Assembly: GCF_004010195.1 (NCBI RefSeq)
Contig: NC_057728.1
Coordinates: 52,041,085 to 52,105,084 of the forward strand
Length of the DNA: 64,000 bases
From: Chiloscyllium plagiosum
Lineage: Eukaryota
Direction: 5' to 3'
Under the pieces are notes generated by a model. The model saw nothing but the letters and a program-made list of their open reading frames with translations. It was not told the origin of the DNA and did no database searches. A program made the position numbers and the translations under genes. Shown here piece after piece: positions 13,934-25,964 of the stretch (position 1 is its first letter; the number at the start of each line of letters is the position of its first letter).

Positions 13934-14961
13934 CTATTGGTAAAGCAAAAAATAAACATCAGTATTTTAACATTGAATACATAATCCAACAGGCTATCTA
14001 GCATAACCAGTCTATATCAGCATAATTGTTATTATCAAGCCTTTTCCCATTGCTTCTCATCTAAATCTGCCACAATAACACTCTTGATTCCTTTTACTTA
14101 TGTATACTTAGTCTCCTCATAAATGCATCTATACAATTTGTTTTACCTGTGATCTCCAGTTCCACTTTTTCCACCACTTTCTCTAAACGAGAAGCTGTCA
14201 TATTTTCCTCTCAAGTCTTGGATCTAAACTGAGTCTGGAACATTGAGAGATGGAACACCTTACACCATATAAAATTCTGAAGGTCCCTTTCAGGGTGGGC
14301 ATGTGGGAATCTAGAATGAGGGGGTCGCAGTTAAAGATTAGAAGTCTCCCAGTTAAGACATGGATGAGAAGTTTGACTGCTCACCATCTCACATGCACAG
14401 GGTTGCTAATCAGAAGAAATATCCTCCACAGAGCAGAGGATCATTGAATGCACTCAAGGCTGAGTTAGACTGATTGCCCATTGACCAGAGAGTCTGATGG
14501 GACAGACAGGAAGGGAGATGGGGGACACAGCCAGGTCATGAATTTATTGAATGCTGCACAAGCTATTTTGGGAGGGAAGCGGGAGACTTGATGAATAACC
14601 TACCCCCATTCTTCTGAATCTCATGTATTTTTGGTGACTACTTTGTTTCGATTGCTGCTGGTTACGCTCTTCTCCACCAGATGAGACATTTTCTCTGCAT
14701 CTACTTTATCAAGACATTACACAAGAACCCCTCAGCCGAACACACATTTCCAGCATCATCCCTGTGAACGTCCCCTACACCCTGTCCAGTGCTTTCTAGA
14801 GATTTTCCGACCAATCTATTCCGAGATGCTGTAACCTCGGGGTCTGGAACACGGGTCCTCCTGGGCCAGAGGTGGGGACACTATCCTTGCACCAGAAGAG
14901 ACCATAATGCTGCCCCCCCTCCCCCGTGCCTCCCTCACCCAGGTCTCATCTCCTGCCTCAC

Positions 14962-15033
14962 CTCCACCTCCCGGACCGGTGCCGCCAACGATTCCGGATC
15001 CAAATCCCCAAATTCAGCCGCCACCATCTCCAT
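14962..15033 (-). CDS. POLR3B: RNA polymerase III subunit RPC2, coding exon 1
   Basis: Translates MEMVAAEFGDLDPESLAAPVREVE then GTGAGG donor. Matches the vertebrate N-terminus [24 protein letters not shown]. An in-frame upstream ATG lies at 15045. Confidence 0.93.
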
Positions 15034-15045
15034 AGTCTCCCTCAT

Positions 15046-15170
15046 GTCCGCCGGCCAACCCCTGTCCGGGAGGAACCCGCGTCCCGAGATATGAGAGTCC
15101 GGGCGGAACTCCGCGAAGCCGCGGAAAGGTTCCGGCCCTGCCCCCTTTTCAAGGCTCCCGCCCGAGTGTG
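15046..15170 (-). promoter_or_regulatory. CpG-island promoter / 5' UTR of POLR3B
   Basis: Local CpG-rich island (about 14920-15170) with GC-box and CGGAA/TTCCG ETS-like motifs directly upstream of exon 1. Confidence 0.75.
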
Positions 15171-16314
15171 CAGTCTATTGTCTGGCATCACAATAAAGCA
15201 GCTGCTGCTGGTGCTGCTGTGTGGGGCTTCAATGTTGTTGCAGGATCTGATCAATTGGAATTGCTCACTACAAATGATTCATCTCTCTTCTCATTTTTAC
15301 ACATCCTTGTTTTTTAACCCATTATTTTCTTGCTGTTCCCCCCACCACACACACAGACTTCAATCTTTTTAAACTGGATTGAAGAAGTTGTCAAAAGTGA
15401 AATCTGGACGCTCTGATGACATCTTCCGTCACGATGCCAACAGATTCTCCCTTGCAGTTTCACAACTGTAGAACTTTCTTTATTTTTATCATTATGCTGG
15501 CCAGGAACAAGTGAAGCAGCCATAAATTTGGTGCTTTTTCTCTTTAAAATCAACTTCTCACCAAGTTCTGAACACCTCCATCAAATCTTTCCATAATTTC
15601 CTCTCCTCTGCTCAAAGAAGAACAACCTAACTTCTACAAGACCAAAGTTCCTCATCCCTGATGTCATTTGAGTAAATCTCTTCTGCACCCTCTCCAAGGC
15701 CTTAACATCCTTCCCATAGCAATGTTTCCAAGATGGAACAGCATCCTCCAACTTCACATTTATTAAACCATCAGTGTATTATGACTGCTGGGCATTTACC
15801 ACACACCTGTTATAAGAGAAAGCCATTTACACAACTGCTTGTTGTACACTCCATCTAACTTCTTTTTCCAATTTAATCCATCACTTAACTGTTGAGATTA
15901 ATTGAGGATTGCACACCACAATGAAGATTGCACACCACAAGACAAGAATCAATCATTGTTCTTCTGAAGAAGTCATACCAAATTTGAAACATTAATTCTG
16001 TTTTTGTCTCCAGGTCTGCTGGGATTCTCCAACATTGTCAGCCTTTTGCTCACTGTCTGTCGATGGTACATTTAGAGATCAGGCAGTTTGAGTCAATGCT
16101 GATTTACCATTACCTTCCACTAACAGGGACAGGGCAAGGAGGCAGCTCCCAAGTCTATCACAGCTAGAACAGAAATTGTTCTGCATTGTTGGTGTCATTC
16201 ATTCGCTAGCTATTTAGCCAACAGAAACAGCTGGCCTCCCACATGGGACTGTAATTCTGAACCTGACCATTTCAATGTTCTCCTGTCAACCTCCTGCTAG
16301 ACTCTGCATAAAGC

Positions 16315-16772
16315 TAAGATTAGTGTTGTGCTGGAAAAGCACAGTAGGGCAGGCAGATCCGTGGAGCAGGAAAATTGACATTTCGGGCAGGAGCCCTTCA
16401 GGCAGCATCCGAAGAGCAGGAAAATTGATGTTTCGGGCAGGAGCCCTTCAGGCAGCATCCGAAGAGCAGGAAAATCGATGTTTCGGGCAGGAGCCCTGCC
16501 TGATGATTCCTGATGAAGGGGTCCTGCCCAAAACATCGATTTTCCTGCTCCTCGGATGCTGCCTGACCTGCTGTGCTTATCCAGCACCACTCTAATCTTG
16601 ACTCTGATAGTGGTGCTGGAAAAGCGCAGCAGGTCAGGCAGCATCCGAGGAAGGGCTTTTGTCTGAAACATCGACTTTTCCTGCTCCTCGGATGCTGCCT
16701 GACCTGCTGTGCTTATCCAGCACCACTCTAATCTTGACTCTGATCTCCAGCATCTACAGTCCTCACCTCTGC
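16315..16772. repeat. Fold-back cluster of Penelope-derived terminal repeats: three roughly 50-bp tandem units plus two inverted pairs, with hammerhead-like motifs
   Basis: The unit ggcagcatccgaagagcaggaaaattgatgtttcgggcaggagcccttca is repeated to 16500. An inverted copy starts CTGATGAAGGGG at 16510, and a second inverted pair spans 16610-16772. Confidence 0.8.
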
Positions 16773-16979
16773 ATAAAATTAAGCTCACCTGAAGCACTAC
16801 TATCTGTATCCTAAATCATGTTCCATTCCTTCATCACCCCTGGTGCTCGTTAACCTGATGTTGATTCCCATTGCCTGGGTTTTGAAATATTCATCCTTGC
16901 TCTCAAATTAGTTCATGATTTCACCCTTTATATCTATATAAAGTTACCTCACTCCACAAACCTACCATTTTTAAAAAAT

Positions 16980-17362
16980 CAATGTCATTACACACCTCTG
17001 GAACAGATGGGACTTGATTCTGGGACTCTTGGCTCGGAGATGGGAATTCTATTACAGTGTCATAGAGTCCAAGCAAACTTTTCAGATTTTTATTTTAAAT
17101 CAACCTATTCAGATACGTTAGGACAAATGTCTGGGGCAGGTGAGGCTTGAACCTGAACCTTCTGACCCAGAGGTGGAGACCACAACCACTGCGTCAAAGA
17201 GCCCTATTAAACTGTCCACATATTTTCTAGACTTTCCAGATAGATGCTTTTAATCAACTTGTTCAGAGATGTTATTACATACTTCTAGAGCAGCTGATAT
17301 TTGAACCTTTGTCTTCTGGCTGAGTGGTAGAGACACTAAATCTACACAACAAAAGGCCTCCC
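16980..17362 (-). repeat. Three tandem short tRNA-like SINE units
   Basis: Three diverged units of about 100-140 bp. On the minus strand each has an A-box-like (TGACGCAGTGG) and a B-box-like (GGTTCAAGCC) motif. Related single copies lie at about 8640-8710, 14820-14900 and 47750-47825. Confidence 0.6.
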
Positions 17363-17619
17363 AAACATATCAGACATCGTTTACCACACCATCATGCTGT
17401 TGTCACATTACAAAACTTTCCGGATATATGGATTTCTTTACTTCTGGCCTCCTGTGCGTCCTTAATTTTAATTGTTCCATGATTGGAAGCCTTGCCTTCA
17501 GCAATTTGGATCTCCTAAATATTCAATTCCTTCAGCTATAAAAAGCCTCTCAAAATCTATTCTTTTGATTAAATCAACTGACCTATATAATAAACGGCTT
17601 GGTATGAAGCACTTGAGTC

Positions 17620-17945
17620 TACCTCATTGAATGCTCTTAAGGCAAAAATGGATTTTTAAACAGTAAAGGAATTAAGGGTTATGGTGAGCGGGCGAGTAAG
17701 TGGAGCTGAGACCATGTATAGCTCAATTCCTGATGAAGGGCTCTTACCCGAAGTGTCGATTCTACTGCTCCTCAGATGCTGCCTGACCTGCTGTGCTTTT
17801 CCAGCACCACACTGTTGACTCTGATCTCCAGCATTTGTCGTCCTTACTTTCTCCACCATGAAAAGATCAGCCATGGTCTGACTGAATAGCAGAGCAGGCT
17901 TGAGGGACCAGATGGCCTACTGTTGCTCCTATTTCTTATATTCTT
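17620..17945 (+). mobile_element. CR1 3' tail interrupted by a hammerhead-bearing Penelope-derived insert (17717-17854)
   Basis: The CR1 tail matches 51590-51770. The insert is flanked by the direct repeat ACCATG (17711-17716 and 17855-17860). Confidence 0.7.
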
Positions 17946-18197
17946 ATCGTGTCAAACTGTGTTTGGTAATGCTCTTGTTAAGGATCTTGGGGTGTTCCAT
18001 GCTGCTAAAATTGGTGTAGTTGTAGTAATGCACAGGAGTCACCATGTGAGAGGAGGATAATAAAACTTTAAAAGGGGGAGAGAAAAACAAGTTGGTGGAT
18101 TGGGCAGACAGCTGATAGGTGAAATTCAATACAGAGAAATATGAGGTGATTAATTTTGATCAGAAGGATTTAGAGAGGACATGCAAAGAATGTGTAT

Positions 18198-18828
18198 TGT
18201 GACAATGTTGTATCTTTAAGATGTGTTTTGACCTTTTGTTTTAGAGAGTGAGAGAGAGATTGGAGGACAGATGCCAAATAGTCGATGAGAAGATTAACAA
18301 CTTATGAAGCCTTAGGTGTTTTTTCTGAAAGCTGGAAAAATAGAAGCAGCCTGAGTGGGTGTGATCAAGCTCCCACCCACAAAACCTGGAATTTTTAGTT
18401 TTCAGCAGCAGTTGCTGTTGGGGTCTTGAAGAATTGGAAGTTTTCTTTCCCTCTGTCAATTATAGTCAAGAGATGGAGTTCTCTTCCTTGGCTACTGATT
18501 GTATGTGAGACAATCTGTTTGCTGAATTTGCTTTTTGGTCTGTTTATGGGATATTACTATATAGAAACAGTTAATTAGAAATAGTTTGTGTATCTATTAT
18601 TCTGTTAAATTTCCCAGTAGAGTTACATTATTCTAAGTTCTCTTTTTGTTGTATTTTAACTATAGCGTTTGAATAAATTATGTTTTGTTTAATATCGAGT
18701 AGATTGACCAATCAAATTGCATCTGGAATTCAGTACCTGACATTTACCTTTAAAATAAGAAAAAAATAAGGTCTAGGCTACCTTCTCAATATATTTTGAG
18801 GGGATCTGGTCTGGTCTGATCCATAACA
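18198..18828 (+). mobile_element. Solo LTR-like element inserted in a CR1 fragment
   Basis: Begins TGTGAC, ends CCATAACA, has internal AATAAA, and its 3' end resembles 26580-26607. CR1 sequence continues on both sides (about 18080-19505). The TSD is not clean. Confidence 0.6.
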
Positions 18829-20206
18829 GTGAGAACAGAAAGACCATAAGTCATTGAAAGTAGCAGAACATATTGAGAGTGTGGCTGATTAAGTATCCAG
18901 TTGAACACAAACAAGGAAGTTATGTTGAATTTGACCATAATTCAGCCTCAGCTGGAGGGTTGCGCCTAGCTCTGGGCACCACACTTTAGGAAGGATGTGA
19001 ATGCATTGGCAGAGAGAACAGAAATACATCAAGAGAATGGTTCCAGGAATTGGAACACCAGATGTGAAGATAGACTGGGAAGTTTGGATGATTTTCCTGA
19101 CAAAGAAGGGAATCTGATCAAAAGTAAATGGTTTCATGTTTTCAAAATTATCAGGAATCCGGACAGAGCAGATAGAGAGAAACACTCTCCACTCTGTCAA
19201 GGGTCAAGATCAGGAAAGCATGGATTAAAAGAAATCAGCGAAAGAAGCAAAGATCATGCAAGGAAAATCCTTTTTGTGCAATGAGTGGTTGGGACCGGGA
19301 ATGCATCCCCTGAGAGTGTGGTGGTGGCAGCTTCACTTCAGCCTTCCAAAACGGAATGAGATTGTTGTCAGCAGATGAAGAATGTGTAGGGTTAGGGGGA
19401 GAAGGTGTGAGAATGGCAGTAGGCAAATGGCTCTTTCGCAGTGCCAGAACAATCACGATGGGCCCAGTAACCTCCTTCTACACGGTAACAACTCTGTGAT
19501 TTTCTGTTTTTGACCCATCACCAACGAAGGAGTGGCAAATTAAAGACTGCCTCCCCAAGCAAAATATCTTTGAAGAAATCACAAAATCCTGACTAAAATC
19601 AGAGTATAAAATCAACGAAGTTATGGTCAACTATTCATAAAACGCTGTTCCTTGCCTCAAATGGAATATTGTATTCCTTCTTGGTACTTCACTGTCACTG
19701 GTTAAGTGATAAAATTGGAAGAGTTGTAATTGGCTTTGGTGAAAAAGGATCTGCTCAAAATCGTGAGGGGTCTAGACTCAATAAATAGGGAGAAATGGCT
19801 CCCATTGGCAGAAGCGTTGGGAACCAGAGGACATCGACGTGGTCAGCAAAAGAAATATAAGCAGAATGAAGAAAACCATTTATGCGATGAGTGGTTAAGA
19901 CCTGTAGAGTGCTGCCCGGTGGCAGGTTCCATTGTAGTTATCAAAATTAAATTGGACAAGAACCTGAAAATAAATTTCTGGGACTACGAGAAAAGGACAG
20001 GAGAGTGGGAGTGTCTGGATTGCTGCTGCAAGAGTTGAAATGACAACAAGCCAAATGGCATCTATTCTATCATCAATGACAAGTTGCAGAATGCCAGGGG
20101 TGCAGTGTCACCTGCCCCAACAGTCCCGGACACACTTGTTCCGTCTGTCACTGCTGCAGACTTCAGGTCAGTTGTCCTGAGAGTAAGCCTGAGGAAAGCA
20201 ACTGGC

Positions 20207-21030
20207 CCTGAGGGAGTCCTACACTGTCAGAGGGACAGTACTGAGGAAACCCTCCACTGTCAGAGGGTCAACAGAGAGAGCCCCACACTCTCAAGAGGGT
20301 CAGTGCTGAGAGAGCCCCTCAGTGTTTGAGGGTCAGCACCGAGGGAGCCTCACACTGTCAGAGGGACAGTACTGAGGGAGCCCCAGACTGTTAATGGTCA
20401 GCACTGAGGGAGCCCCACACTTTCAGAGGGACAGTACAGAGGGATCACAGCAACATCGGAGGGTCAGGACTTCGGGAACCCAACAATGTCAGATGGTCAG
20501 CACTGAGGGAGCCCCAGACTGTTAGAGTCAGCACTGAGGCAGCACAGCAACATCAGACGGTTAGCACTGAGGGAGCCCCACACTGTTAGAGAGACAGTAC
20601 TGAGGGAGAACAGCAGCATCAGACGGTCAGCACTGAAGGAGGCTCACACTGTCAAAGGGACAGTTCTAACACACTTTTAGAAGGACAGTACTGAGGGAAC
20701 CCCACAATGTCAGACGGTCAGCACTGAGGGAGCCGCAGAGTGTGAGATTTGGCACTGAGACAACATAGCAACATCAGATGGTTAGCACTGAGGGAGCCCC
20801 ACATTGTTAGAGGGTCAGCACTGAGGGAGTGCTGCAATGTCAGAGGATCAGTAGTGAAGGATCACTGCAGTGTCAAACAGTCAATACTAAAGGAGAGGTC
20901 CACTGTAGGAGGGTCAGTGCTAGGGGAGTTCAACATTGTTGGAGAGTCAGAACTGAGGGAGTGATACACTGTGGGAGGATCAAATCAAAGGGACTGGTAC
21001 ACTTTCAGAGGGTCAGAATGAAGTGAGTGC
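20207..21030 (+). repeat. About 33-bp minisatellite (roughly 25 diverged copies) derived from a DeuSINE internal segment
   Basis: Unit is approximately GAGGGAGCCCCACACTGTCAGAGGGTCAGTACT. It runs into DeuSINE-like 3' sequence at 21030-21290, and the same motif occurs at 31795-31825 and 58475-58555 (minus). Confidence 0.85.
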
Positions 21031-21430
21031 TGTGCTGTTGAAAGTGCCACTTCTTTCAGCTGGGTTGTTGTACCAAAACTCAACTTGCTCAGCCTTTCGG
21101 ACATAAAACCAAGAAACTCATTCAAGCAGGAAAGAGTCTTAATGCTGTGGCCAAACTTCCCAACTGACTCCACCAACAATGCAAGAACTAGTTAGTCAGC
21201 ACATTTGTTGGATCATGCTGCTTGAAAATTGGTTGCACTATTTGTCTGTATAATTGTCAGCAGTTCAGCATTATTTGTGCAGGACTGAGCTGAGTCAAAT
21301 TGAGTCACTGAGCCACAACAATGTGAGGCAAATGCAGAAAGGTATGACCACTTTAGATAGTCATGGCCAATAATCTTGAAATAATTGTGCTGAAATAAAA
21401 TAAAGCAAGACTCACTTCTTTATAATGAAC

Positions 21431-21436
21431 TTTATT
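21431..21436 (-). terminator. Candidate polyadenylation signal of the EndoU-like gene
   Basis: AATAAA on the minus strand followed by GT/T-rich sequence, ending a mostly unique AT-rich region of about 2.3 kb after the stop codon. An alternative AATAAA lies at 23271-23276. Confidence 0.45.
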
Positions 21437-21662
21437 TCAAAGTTATTAAAAAGGTGAACATGCATTGCAGGAACTGAACTATATGTCCAAAGAATGAACT
21501 TTGGTCAAATACATATTCCATGGTTCTGCTGAACTTTGAGAAATTAAGGCAAGGTGTTAACAAGCAGCAAAACTCGACCAATATTGTTTCCACTTGGAGG
21601 GGGAGGAAATAGAAATTTCTAATCAGCAAACTGTATTTACCAACATGTAGCTCTTTTCAGTA

Positions 21663-21977
21663 CAGGTACACAATCCTTTATCCGAAATTCAGAAAGCTGA
21701 AACTTTTTCGTGGAGTGTGGAGTGTCATTTTGGTGTGACCCAACACCACACACACACTCGAACCACAACACTCAGGTGTGACATGCCAGCCTGGCCCCAG
21801 CACTGGCAGGCATTAATTCTGTCTCAGCGTTCGCACTATTCACACATGCGTCTGCTGTTCGGTAATTTTTTTTTTTTAACTTCACCGTGAAAATGCCATT
21901 TATTCTGAAATCAGAAAAATTCGGAATCCTGAAAAGCAACTGGCCCCAAGGATTTTGGATAAACGATTGAGTACCAG
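21663..21977. mobile_element. Tc1/mariner-pogo (Tigger-like) MITE
   Basis: Imperfect TIRs of about 28 bp: caggtacacaatcctttatccgaaattc versus the right-end reverse complement ctggtactcaatcgtttatccaaaatcc. TA precedes the left end. Confidence 0.75.
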
Positions 21978-23766
21978 ATTAGTGCTGGTCTACAAACAGA
22001 ATAAGCTGCAAAACACAGCAGGTAGGTTAAGGATTTGGTTGGGATAAACGTGCAAATTGTCATAAAATCAGCTCCTTTGGAAAAACAAAGACTGAACCTT
22101 TACATGAGTAGAGTTTCCATAATGACCATGTGATGAATTATGAAAACTGCAAAACACGTTTTGATGAAAATTGAAAATGCAGGAGTGTAAAAAGCGAGAG
22201 CAGTTTTGAAACAGGTTTAGACGAACTTTGAAATGTTTTGATGCAGTTCAGGTCAGGAGTGAAGATCAGTGAGGCCTGGGATTGCAGCAGAAGCAATGTG
22301 GTTTCTGCAGAATTAAATTGATCACGATCTTTCAAAATCCCAATAAGTTTTGGGCCGGAGAAAGGTAAACCCAGTTTCAGGTAAACCCCAAACACCTTTA
22401 AGCATGGGTTTTCTTGTCTTCATCAAACTATCTAAAATTAAACTTCATAGATTGATTCAAACCTCAGTAATCCTTGGAAAGATGGCATTGAAAGTCATTA
22501 GTTACTGAAACCTGCGACAGTCAAACCCTCGCCATGTTTAAACACAAAGGGGTCTTTGAGCTGCTGTCACCTAAACCCCCACCAATTTCAATTCTTGGAA
22601 ACAGCTCCGTGAGAAACAAAAGTTTCTTCCACAATTTTGGCACTTCAGAGACCGAGAAAAAGCCTAATCAAAGTTTAATTGAAAATATTTTACCTGGAAA
22701 CTGAAAACATAAATAAAATGCAAGTTATTTTTAAAAGCAAATTGAAATATCAATAAATTGTGCATTTTAAAAACTTTAACAATTCAAACAATTTTTGTAT
22801 AATAAAAAGTTCAATCTAACAAGCTGATATAGTTCCATTAATACAGGCTATGAAGCAGAGAAACACACAAGTATAATGCAGGGCTAACCCTTAAATCACT
22901 GACTAATTGTCATCAAAGCAGATACAGAATTTCAAGCTATGAAACAAATGCTCATCCATAGCAGAAAAAAGAAACTGCTGGCTGTAGGTTTACTTAAATG
23001 GATGAAGCTTCAATGATGGAATGAAAAGTGAACAACGTTTTCCTCCCAGTTTAAAATCACGCAGGAGTTTTACATCAGATTGATGTGAAAATGTGCAGCT
23101 GTTAGGTCATGTGGTGCAGTGAGGGTTAAAATGCACCAATTTCACTTCAAATGAAACAAATATTTCTGATCCCACTGGTCATGGAGAGATTGGTTGGTTT
23201 TCTAAGAGATATTAAGTGTGATGGCTTGTTACAGTAGGATTTAATTAACAAGGCAGGTAGGTGACACTTCTTTATTAGGAGGTCACAACGATTTTACTGT
23301 TTTAGACAGTTTGGATATTTGAGGACTGCAGCATTATCAGATCAAAAATTATCAAACTAAAATCCTGCAACAACATATTAAATTTAAAAAGCCAACCCCA
23401 ACATGTAGAGATCTTGTGTGAAATGTGTTGATTTATGGGGACAGTTGCTGAAATGAATTCTGTGCTGAACGTTAAACTGAATTTTTTTTAAAAATCACCC
23501 GAATTTTGACTCAGAGATGGTCTCCTTTAGCACAGCATCAAATCCACTGAGTTCATATGGGAGTGCATTAATTGAGGATTCTGAACAAGAAGACGTTGCA
23601 AAATGTGCATTTTATACAATACAATGTTGCAACGACTTTGAGAAGATCTAACCAGAAAAAAAGACACTGAGCATCGACTATAATCTGCTTGTTGGACGGA
23701 TGTTAATTCTGCAGACATTTGAGCAAACTGTAGACGACACTGAGGATTCCTGAGACTGCCACAGGT

Positions 23767-24030
23767 TCAGTCCAGGGGTATATTGTTGTTGCTGAGCAGC
23801 ACCGGGTAGGAACTTCCAATGTACTTCCCGTGACGATACACGACAATTTGCAAATGGTATTCGTCCACCATTACCAGCTCCCGCGAGACTTTGGCCTGCG
23901 ACAGGAGGAAGCAGATGGTGTAGACAGCGACCTCAAACTCAGGGCTCACTCCAATAAAGGAGCTGCCCACAGGTTTCACCATTGTCTTCCAGCTGAACTG
24001 CAGGTTCAAGACGTGATCATCTTCATCAGG
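23767..24030 (-). CDS. endoul: Poly(U)-specific endoribonuclease (XendoU-type), coding exon 7 (last)
   Basis: Translates PDEDDHVLNLQFSWKTMVKPVGSSFIGVSPEFEVAVYTICFLL...RHGKYIGSSYPVLLSNNNIPLD*. Contains the catalytic Lys (VKPVGS). AG acceptor at 24031-24032. Confidence 0.95.
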   Translation of the reverse strand, partial: PDEDDHVLNLQFSWKTMVKPVGSSFIGVSPEFEVAVYTICFLLSQAKVSRELVMVDEYHLQIVVYRHGKYIGSSYPVLLSNNNIPLD

Positions 24031-24519
24031 CTGTAAGAAACCAGCAAACGAAAAACAAATATCAGTTAGATTCCACTGGTCGGCAGACATATACCCAAAT
24101 CCATGATAATATATACCTTAGTAAAATTCAAAATATTCATTCACTCACTGCTGGCATTGCTGAGGGAGTTCAGTCTGAATCAAATCAAGAGCTCAACATG
24201 TCTAATTGGAGTAATATGCTATAAATCAAGCCCTGCTATTCCTGGAGACATTGCAAGAGTTAAAAATTTACCCATCCTCTCCACAGTACTTGACTTCTAC
24301 ATCAGTCCTTTCCTCTCTTCAGTCCACAAGAAAAATTAAAAAAGAAAGTTTTGCAAGTATGAAGGGTAAGCAAACAGAAATTAGTTTGTTTTACCATCAA
24401 CTCAAGTTAAGGCAAGAGAAAAGTTGAGGCAATATCAATGTAGGGAAAGGCAACTCAGAGGAGCAATAAGGGACAGCACAGTAATATTACAGAGGGTAAA
24501 GGTCCATGCAAGGAATAAT

Positions 24520-25490
24520 AATTTTAAAAAGTCTGAAATCACTGAAAATGCAGAGCATCCACAATACAATTGATGAACTCATGTCACAGATAGAGAGCCT
24601 TGGTTTAAATCTAATCACCACCACAGAGACATGGTTACAAAGTGTCCACAATTTGCAAATGGCATTCGTTGGGAAATACATGTTCCAGAGTACACCCCAT
24701 TTTGAAAAGACAGGCAGATTGAAAAATGAGGGATAGCCATTATAATAAAGGATGATTTCTGAATCATTTGTGAGAAATGATCTTTTCATAGAAAAATTAG
24801 ATGTGGAAACCATGAGGGTATAGGTTAGGAATAACAAGAGTTAGAAACAACTGATGGGAGTAGGCTCCCTAACAACAATTAAGCTGTGGGACAGAGCATT
24901 AAAAGAATAAATTATTGCAGTTTATAAAAGGCAACATAATAGTTGCAGTGGACAGCAATCCCCATACAAATTAGACCAAGCAAATTGGTAAAGGCTACCT
25001 TAAAGATGAGTTTGTCGAATGTTTGTGGGACATTTGTTTGAAGAAGCCAGTCAAGAATTTAAGCTACTTTAATGAGTCCGGATTTTTGGAATATTATAGT
25101 AAATGATCCATCAGGTAATAGTGATCACAATAAATGCATTTCACAATAATTTTCAAAACAAAATATTCTAATTACAAACAAGAATCTTAAATAAAACTGT
25201 AAGGTTTATTGGGTAAACAAATGAAAATGTTTGCTGGTTAACAAACACTAAGAAACTTAAAGAAACAATTCAGAATGATCAAGAAACATACATTCCATTG
25301 AAAACCTGAAACTCCGAGAAAAAGATGCATCCATGGTCACTAAGGAGGTTAAGGATATCATTAGATTAAAATAACATGCTTATAAAGGTTGCAAGAGTAA
25401 ATCCGAGGATGACTGTTTTAGAAACCCAACAAAATACTACTAAAAACTAAATTAAGAAGGAACAACAAGAGAATGAGAATAAATTAAGAA
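24520..25490 (+). mobile_element. Old CR1 LINE fragment (endonuclease region)
   Basis: Degraded translation ...SIHNTIDELMSQIESLGLNLITTTETWLQ... resembles the N-terminus of the CR1 APE-type endonuclease. Confidence 0.6.
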
Positions 25491-25539
25491 TTTGTTCCTT
25501 TGCCAACAATGTTAGGACATCAAGTGTAACTGCTCGCAC

Positions 25540-25693
25540 CTTATTCTTGTCCTTCCTGGCCACAAAGCCTTTATAATCAATGTGATTGCGCTTCTCCTGC
25601 AGGTAGAATTGGACCCAGTTGTGTAGGCCCATAATCTCTCTCCCTCGTTTGGTCTCTCCCACAAACACATGCTCAAACCCTGAAGAATCTCGC
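25540..25693 (-). CDS. endoul: Poly(U)-specific endoribonuclease (XendoU-type), coding exon 6
   Basis: Translates (G)RDSSGFEHVFVGETKRGREIMGLHNWVQFYLQEKRNHIDYKGFVARKDKNK. Contains both catalytic His residues (FEHVFVGE, GLHNW). AG/GT flanks, 154 nt. Confidence 0.96.
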
Positions 25694-25964
25694 CTGGAGG
25701 AACCAAATACACCAATAAAGCAGTCAAATGGTAATCTGTCACAGAAGTCATTTTTGACATTTCACAAAACCACAGTATTGTTTTAACATATAAGTAGTCC
25801 ATTCGGCCCATTGTGTCTGCACCAGCTTTCCATCATGATTTAGTGCCATTCTCATGGCTTTTTTCCATGTCCTCTTATCAAATTTAAATTGAAATAATCA
25901 TCCAATGCCCTCTTGAATGCCTTAATTGAATCTGCCTTTAGAACATTTCCAAGCAATGTGTTCT

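Noticed and set aside
14789-15372. Overlapping ORFs around the POLR3B start
   Set aside because: They are a by-product of the GC-rich CpG island and have no protein similarity.
20207-21030. Regular repeats of about 33 bp resembling a CRISPR array
   Set aside because: There are no unique spacers and no cas genes, and the context is eukaryotic. It is a SINE-derived minisatellite.
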